Part shown: positions 27,345-32,000 of the stretch, in pieces
Layout: the number at the start of each line of letters is the position of its first letter
Numbering within the stretch: the stretch's first letter is position 1
Assembly (NCBI RefSeq): GCF_003966335.1
Contig: NZ_CP034549.1
Coordinates: 270,001 to 302,000 of the forward strand
DNA from: Nonlabens ponticola
GTDB taxonomy: Bacteria > Bacteroidota > Bacteroidia > Flavobacteriales > Flavobacteriaceae
Direction: 5' to 3'
DNA: 32,000 bases
The notes under the pieces: model-generated
What the model was told of the DNA's origin: nothing
Database searches by the model: none
Seen by the model: only the letters and a program-made list of their open reading frames with translations
Made by a program: the position numbers and the translations under genes

Positions 27345-27352
27345 CAAATTTA
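27345..27352 (-). promoter_or_regulatory. Candidate -7 box (TAAATTTG) for tRNA-Gln
   Basis: Exact TAnnTTTG match on the minus strand 10 nt upstream of the mature tRNA 5' end. Confidence 0.45.
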
Positions 27353-27470
27353 AAACTTTTCTGTTTTCTTGCAACAGTTTTTGATTTTTAATTTTGCAGC
27401 GGTCGTGTTCCTTACATCTCAAATAAAGGCGCGGCCTGTGATAATATTAGTATTTTAGCCGTCGTTAAAT

Positions 27471-30400
27471 ATGAGCATGAATTTTTCTTATAAGAACCTC
27501 AATATAATATTAGGCTGGACGGCCTTTAGTGCATCACTTATCATCTACTGGCTCACGATTGAACCAACGGTAAGCTTCTGGGATGCAGGCGAGTATATCA
27601 CTACTGCTACTAATCTTGAGGTAGGGCATCCACCTGGAGCACCACTGTACCAAATGATAGGTGCAGCACTTAGTATTTTTACTACAGACGCCTCGCAAAT
27701 CGCACTAATGGTTAACATGATGGCGGCTTTTGCCAGTGCGTTTACCATACTGTTTATGTTCTGGTCGATTACATTGTTACTCAAGCGACATATATTAAAG
27801 GACGATCGCGATGATTTGATGATCTTAGGATCTGCTTTTATTGGTGCCATGGCGTTTGCAGTTTCTGACAGTTTCTGGTTCAATGCCGTCGAGGCCGAGG
27901 TTTATGCGCCAGCCGCACTCATCATGGCTGGAATGTTTTATCTAGGACTTTTATGGGAACGGGACATGCATGAACCGCGTGGTAACAGATGGCTCATATT
28001 GATATCCTTTATAATAGGACTGTCCTTTGGGGTTCACTTTTTGGGAATACTCACCATTCCTGCGATTGGATTATTGTGGTACTTCAAACACTATAAAAAA
28101 ATTACTGTCAAGAATTTTATTATCGCCAACATTGCCGTGATAGCGGTTTTATTATTTGTCTTCAAGTTACTGCTTCCTACGACGCTATCTGTTTTTGGTT
28201 ATCTAGAAGTATTCTTTGTCAACTCAATCGGGCTACCGTTTAACTCTGGAACGATCATCGCACTGTTACTGGTTGTTGGGATTTTTGTTGGGATCATTAC
28301 GCTTTCGCGAAAGCATAACAAACCTATTATTAACACTGCTGCATTATGTATTCTATTTGTACTTATAGGATTCTCTAGCTGGACGATGCTACCTATAAGA
28401 GCCAATGCAGGAACACCTATAAATGAAAATAATCCCAATGATGCGCGTGCACTTCTAGCCTACTACAATCGTGAGCAATACCCATCACCAGCATTGTTCT
28501 ATGGTGAATCCTTTACTGATATCTACGCAGGCCTAGATCCTGATGAGCCTTATGTGGATGAAAAACCAAAATATGAGAAGGATCTAGAGCAAGGCAAGTA
28601 TGTGATTGTCAATAATTACAAGGACGCCTTGCAAAACACGCATGACGACCACAAGGGATTTTTCCCGCGCATGACTGATGCCAGCCGTGCCAGTAACTAT
28701 GTTGATTTTATGGGTGGCCTGGAGTATTCCATCAAGCCAGGCTATCAAGGCAATCCAGACTTACTAGGCGCACTCGACGAGTACCAACGGCAGTTTGATC
28801 GTGGCCGCATGACTTCAAGTGAGTACATCAATACATTGACGCAGTTGCGAGAATTCATTGATATTAAGAAACCTAGCTTTGGCGATAATTTGAGGTATGC
28901 GCTGCAATATCAAGTTAATTACATGTACCTGCGCTACTTCATGTGGAACTTCGTAGGTCGTCAAAACGACGTGCAAGGCATGTGGAATCGCTATGACGGT
29001 AACTGGCTGAGTGGTATTAAATTCATTGACGAACTACACCTAGGAACGCAAGATGAGCTAAGTGAAGACATGCTAAATAATAAAGGGCGCAACCTTTACT
29101 TTTTTCTACCATTGATTCTCGGGATCATTGGAGCCGTCTTTCATGCTAAAAAAGATCTCAAATCCTTTTATGTGACCTTGATTCTATTCTTGTTTACAGG
29201 ACTGGCCATTATAGTTTATTTGAACCAGAGCATGTTCCAGGTGCGAGAACGTGATTATGCCTATGTGGGTTCGTTCCTAGTATTTGGTATGTGGATAGGC
29301 ATGGGCGTTTATGCTTTGTACGATGCTTTGAGAGAATACAGTAAGCATCCAGCTGTCAAAGTACTCACGCTGGTGACTTGTTTTGCCGCCGTACCGCTGC
29401 TCATGGGATTTCAGAATTGGGATGATCACGATCGATCAGAAAAATATACAGCGCTTGCCAGTGCCAAAAAGTATCTGGACAGCTGCTTACCCAATGCCCT
29501 CATTTTTACCATAGGTGATAATGATACATTCCCTTTATGGTACGCTCAAGAAGTAGAAGGCTATCGCACTGATGTGCGTGTAGTTTGTACGTCCTTATTG
29601 AGTACCGATTGGTACATGGATGATATGAAGAAACAGGCTTATGAAAGTGAGCCAATACCTAGCACGCTTACTCATGACAAATATAGCTATGGTACTCGTG
29701 ATGCTTTGTGGTATGCGGATAAGGAGCGTATTCAAGAACGCTTTAGACAAGCACAAAACAACCCTAACTACATCTTTCCAGATACCATGCAACTTGCGGA
29801 CTGGATGGAATGGGTAGCTAGCGAAAGTAAAATCACTCAAGAGGCCATGCAAAATGGGCACATGGAATACACATTCCCTACAAAAAATGTAGTGATTCCT
29901 GTCAATAAGCAAAATGTCATAGAAAGCGGCGTTGTTAAACCTGAAGATGCCGACTTGATCGTTGATGAGATCGTAATTAATATTGAGAGCAATTTGGTGT
30001 ACAAGAACCGCATGTTCATGCTTGATATTATCAATGCAAACGACTGGAAACGTCCTATTTACTTTTCTGGTGGTGCCTTTGGTGATGAAGATTATATCTG
30101 GATGAAAGATTACCTGCAGTTGGATGGTAATGCGTATCGTCTAGTACCTATCTACACGCCACCGCAGGATGCTCGCAATCCATTTGATATGGGCCGTGTG
30201 GATCCAGACTATGCCTATGAAGTAATTAAAGGATGGGATTGGGGAAATAGCGGCAGCAGTGAGATCTATCACGATGTGGAAACAAGACGCAACAGTGTAG
30301 GTTACCGTAGCAATATCACCAGAGCCGCGCAAGCACTCATTGCAGACGGTCAACTTAAAAGAGCAGAGGAAATTCTTGACCTGGGAATGGATAAAATGCC

Positions 30401-30845
30401 GTTGGATTATTATGGCCATTACTCGATGATTGAACCCTTTGTGTCTTCTTATTATGAAATAGGTAGTACAGAAAAGGCTTGCGAGCTATTAAGTCGCACG
30501 ATTTATAAATATCAAGATGAGATCGATCATTATGCTGCCCTTAAGCTTGAAGAGCAAGTAGGAACGGCTCAGGAAATCATCACTGCTGTTGAACGCTACA
30601 GAGCGCTGGTGCAAACCTCAATTACCTATAATGACGATGTCATGATCCAGGAACACCTGGATAGATTCAATGAGTATGTACTGATGTTCCCTAGGTTTTA
30701 TGACCGCAGTGAAATGTTGACCCTAGAGTCAAGCGACGTTCAAGATTCTGCAAGTGATGCTTTGTTACAATTGCTGGAAAATGATATCGATAATGCCGAT
30801 GCACAGCGAGTTATTGAACCTGTGACAACTGATACGGCACAATAA
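27471..30845 (+). CDS. DUF2723 / TMEM260-like polytopic membrane protein (putative GT-C-fold glycosyltransferase) with a large C-terminal soluble, helical-repeat region
   Basis: 1124-aa ORF with an ATG start. N-terminal motifs TVSFWDAGEYITTATNLEVGHPPGAPLYQ are characteristic of DUF2723. There are more than 10 predicted TM segments in two blocks (~10-330 and ~545-650). The C-terminal ~470 aa are soluble. Confidence 0.75.
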   Translation: MSMNFSYKNLNIILGWTAFSASLIIYWLTIEPTVSFWDAGEYITTATNLEVGHPPGAPLYQMIGAALSIFTTDASQIALMVNMMAAFASAFTILFMFWSITLLLKRHILKDDRDDLMILGSAFIGAMAFAVSDSFWFNAVEAEVYAPAALIMAGMFYLGLLWERDMHEPRGNRWLILISFIIGLSFGVHFLGILTIPAIGLLWYFKHYKKITVKNFIIANIAVIAVLLFVFKLLLPTTLSVFGYLEVFFVNSIGLPFNSGTIIALLLVVGIFVGIITLSRKHNKPIINTAALCILFVLIGFSSWTMLPIRANAGTPINENNPNDARALLAYYNREQYPSPALFYGESFTDIYAGLDPDEPYVDEKPKYEKDLEQGKYVIVNNYKDALQNTHDDHKGFFPRMTDASRASNYVDFMGGLEYSIKPGYQGNPDLLGALDEYQRQFDRGRMTSSEYINTLTQLREFIDIKKPSFGDNLRYALQYQVNYMYLRYFMWNFVGRQNDVQGMWNRYDGNWLSGIKFIDELHLGTQDELSEDMLNNKGRNLYFFLPLILGIIGAVFHAKKDLKSFYVTLILFLFTGLAIIVYLNQSMFQVRERDYAYVGSFLVFGMWIGMGVYALYDALREYSKHPAVKVLTLVTCFAAVPLLMGFQNWDDHDRSEKYTALASAKKYLDSCLPNALIFTIGDNDTFPLWYAQEVEGYRTDVRVVCTSLLSTDWYMDDMKKQAYESEPIPSTLTHDKYSYGTRDALWYADKERIQERFRQAQNNPNYIFPDTMQLADWMEWVASESKITQEAMQNGHMEYTFPTKNVVIPVNKQNVIESGVVKPEDADLIVDEIVINIESNLVYKNRMFMLDIINANDWKRPIYFSGGAFGDEDYIWMKDYLQLDGNAYRLVPIYTPPQDARNPFDMGRVDPDYAYEVIKGWDWGNSGSSEIYHDVETRRNSVGYRSNITRAAQALIADGQLKRAEEILDLGMDKMPLDYYGHYSMIEPFVSSYYEIGSTEKACELLSRTIYKYQDEIDHYAALKLEEQVGTAQEIITAVERYRALVQTSITYNDDVMIQEHLDRFNEYVLMFPRFYDRSEMLTLESSDVQDSASDALLQLLENDIDNADAQRVIEPVTTDTAQ
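28297..28318. repeat. Palindrome copy inside the DUF2723 gene (TTACGCTTTCGCGAAAGCATAA; exact 14-mer core at 28301-28314), read as T-L-S-R-K-H
   Basis: Read directly. Frame checked: T277 starts at 28299. Confidence 0.9.
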
Positions 30846-31462
30846 TGCGTTGGTATCCAGATCGCATACCTGACTGGATATCATCGTTATTTCCTAATTA
30901 CACTTGGCACAAAAACAGGTCAACTAAAACAATTTATTTGACCTTTGACGACGGGCCAACGCCTATAGCCACTAGTTATGTGCTAGAATTGCTAGACAAG
31001 TTTAATTTCAAGGCTACATTCTTTCTTATAGGTGATCGAGCACAGCGATATCCTGAATTAAAACAGCAATTAATAGATCATGGACACTCCATTGGGAATC
31101 ATACTCACAATCACCTGAACGCTTGGAAAACTTCAAATAACGAGTATCTAGATAATGTAGCTTTCGCGAAAGCTAACACCAGTAATAAATTATTCAGACC
31201 GCCGTATGGTCGGGTCAGACCAGGCATCACTAACGCCTTGATTAAGGAAGACTATGAGATTGTTTTGTGGGATGTATTGTCAGGCGATTTTGATGTTTCA
31301 AGAACAGCAGAAAGCTGTCTGAAAAATTTAATGAATGCCACTCGCAATGGTAGTATTATCGTTTTTCATGATAGTGATAAAAGCTATGAGAAATTGCAAA
31401 AAATCTTACCTAATTACTTCCGTTGGCTGAGAAATCGAGGATATAAAAGCGCTAGGCTTTAA
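30845..31462 (+). CDS. Polysaccharide deacetylase family protein (NodB homology / CE4)
   Basis: 205-aa ORF whose ATG overlaps the upstream stop (TAATG). It carries the CE4 motifs YLTFDDGP and GNHTHNH. Confidence 0.82.
   Translation: MRWYPDRIPDWISSLFPNYTWHKNRSTKTIYLTFDDGPTPIATSYVLELLDKFNFKATFFLIGDRAQRYPELKQQLIDHGHSIGNHTHNHLNAWKTSNNEYLDNVAFAKANTSNKLFRPPYGRVRPGITNALIKEDYEIVLWDVLSGDFDVSRTAESCLKNLMNATRNGSIIVFHDSDKSYEKLQKILPNYFRWLRNRGYKSARL
31158..31175. repeat. 18-bp palindrome TAGCTTTCGCGAAAGCTA inside the deacetylase gene (core at 31160-31173), read as A-F-A-K-A
   Basis: Read directly. Frame checked: A106 starts at 31160. Confidence 0.9.
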
Positions 31463-31463
31463 T

Positions 31464-31763
31464 CTAGCGTGCAAACTGATTGAGCAAGGAAATAAGTGAA
31501 CTACCATCTTGTAAACCGCTTTGACGCCATTTCATCTCACCATTTTTATAGATGATGATGGTAGGAAGGCCTTTGATACGCAATGCTTCAGACAACTGCG
31601 GGTTTTTATCTACATTAATCTTTATGATACGTGCCTTATCACCTACAGCGGCTGCCACATCTCTAAGCACTGGATGCATGCTAGTAGAATCGTCGTTCCA
31701 GTCTGTAAAAAAGTTGAATAATACAGGTACGTTTGTACTTATCAATTCACCAAATTTTGACAT
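31464..31763 (-). CDS. Thioredoxin-fold protein lacking the CxxC active site (cysteine-free)
   Basis: 99-aa ORF with an ATG start. It aligns by eye to thioredoxin (…VLFNFFTDW-NDDS-TSMHPVLRDVA…INVDKNP…IKGLPTIIIYKNGE…), but WCGPC is replaced by WNDDS and the protein contains no Cys. Confidence 0.75.
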   Translation of the reverse strand: MSKFGELISTNVPVLFNFFTDWNDDSTSMHPVLRDVAAAVGDKARIIKINVDKNPQLSEALRIKGLPTIIIYKNGEMKWRQSGLQDGSSLISLLNQFAR

Positions 31764-31854
31764 AATCGCCTTTTATTAGTAAAGTAAATGTAAGCAATAT
31801 CATCGATTTCGGTAATTCACATTATTGAATGCGCCGTTGATTGATCATTATTGA

Positions 31855-32000
31855 TTAACCTCGCTTTTTAAGTTTTATAACTGTAATTTCTGGCCAGATA
31901 CCAGCACGTCCAGAATAACCCAAAAAACCAAAACCACGATTCACATTCAAGAACCTGCCATATTCTTTATAGATACCAGCCCACTTTTTATACACAAACC
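31855..32000 (-). CDS. C-terminal fragment of an unidentified protein (gene continues past the right window edge)
   Basis: The minus-strand frame is open from the window edge to a TAA at 31857-31855. It reads ...FVYKKWAGIYKEYGRFLNVNRGFGFLGYSGRAGIWPEITVIKLKKRG*. I do not recognise the family. Confidence 0.4.
   Translation of the reverse strand, partial: FVYKKWAGIYKEYGRFLNVNRGFGFLGYSGRAGIWPEITVIKLKKRG

Noticed and set aside
27183-27422. 79-aa minus-strand ORF in the rimP-DUF2723 intergenic region
   Set aside because: It overlaps the tRNA-Gln gene and its terminator completely. It ends in YAFAKA* only because the palindromic repeat supplies a TAA. It is a spurious ORF.
3801-31175. Possibility that the recurring palindrome marks a CRISPR array or MITE-type mobile element
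   Set aside because: Spacing between copies is irregular, from kilobases to about 9 kb, and copies lie inside conserved genes. Copies are only 14-24 bp with no flanking conserved sequence, no evident target-site duplications and no cas or transposase genes in the window.
1-32000. Defence island, prophage, integrative element or other accessory gene system
   Set aside because: Every sizeable ORF has a housekeeping or envelope assignment. No integrase, transposase, restriction, toxin-antitoxin, Cas or phage-like genes were seen. The tRNA is not flanked by a direct-repeat attachment site, and composition looks uniform by eye.

Overview
AT-rich chromosomal core region of a Bacteroidota, Flavobacteriia-like organism. 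The taxon call rests on sprA, an alternative-complex-III plus aa3 oxidase cluster, TAnnTTTG-type promoter boxes and the absence of Shine-Dalgarno spacing. Coding density is high and mostly on the minus strand. Left to right: sprA (partial, TTG start), ruvA, maeB, an orphan cytochrome P450, ruvB, a CPVC peroxiredoxin-like gene (+), the ~11.6-kb actABCDEF-ctaCD respiratory cluster, a small SPOR-like gene (+), infB-nusA-rimP preceded by tRNA-Gln(UUG), a 1124-aa DUF2723/TMEM260-like membrane protein with an overlapping CE4 deacetylase (+), a cysteine-free thioredoxin-fold gene, and a C-terminal gene fragment. I found no integrase, transposase, CRISPR array, toxin-antitoxin or defence-type genes and no obvious compositional island, so I cannot support a discrete novel gene system here. 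The most unusual signal is at the DNA level. The perfect CpG-rich palindrome GCTTTCGCGAAAGC, extended up to 24 bp as ATTACGCTTTCGCGAAAGCGTAAT, occurs 7 times exactly. There is also one 1-mismatch copy and one copy split by a second hairpin. Copies lie both between genes and in frame inside five intact ORFs. Secondary points: a six-heme ActA with an extra N-terminal cytochrome c domain; His/Asp-rich segments in ActF, CtaD and ActE; a tRNA-terminator-leader layout ahead of rimP-nusA-infB; the uncharacterised DUF2723+CE4 pair; and a thioredoxin fold with CGPC replaced by NDDS. Coordinates of features not in the ORF track were counted by hand and may be off by 1-2 nt. The ORF track reports the longest ATG/GTG/TTG ORFs, so some true starts lie downstream.
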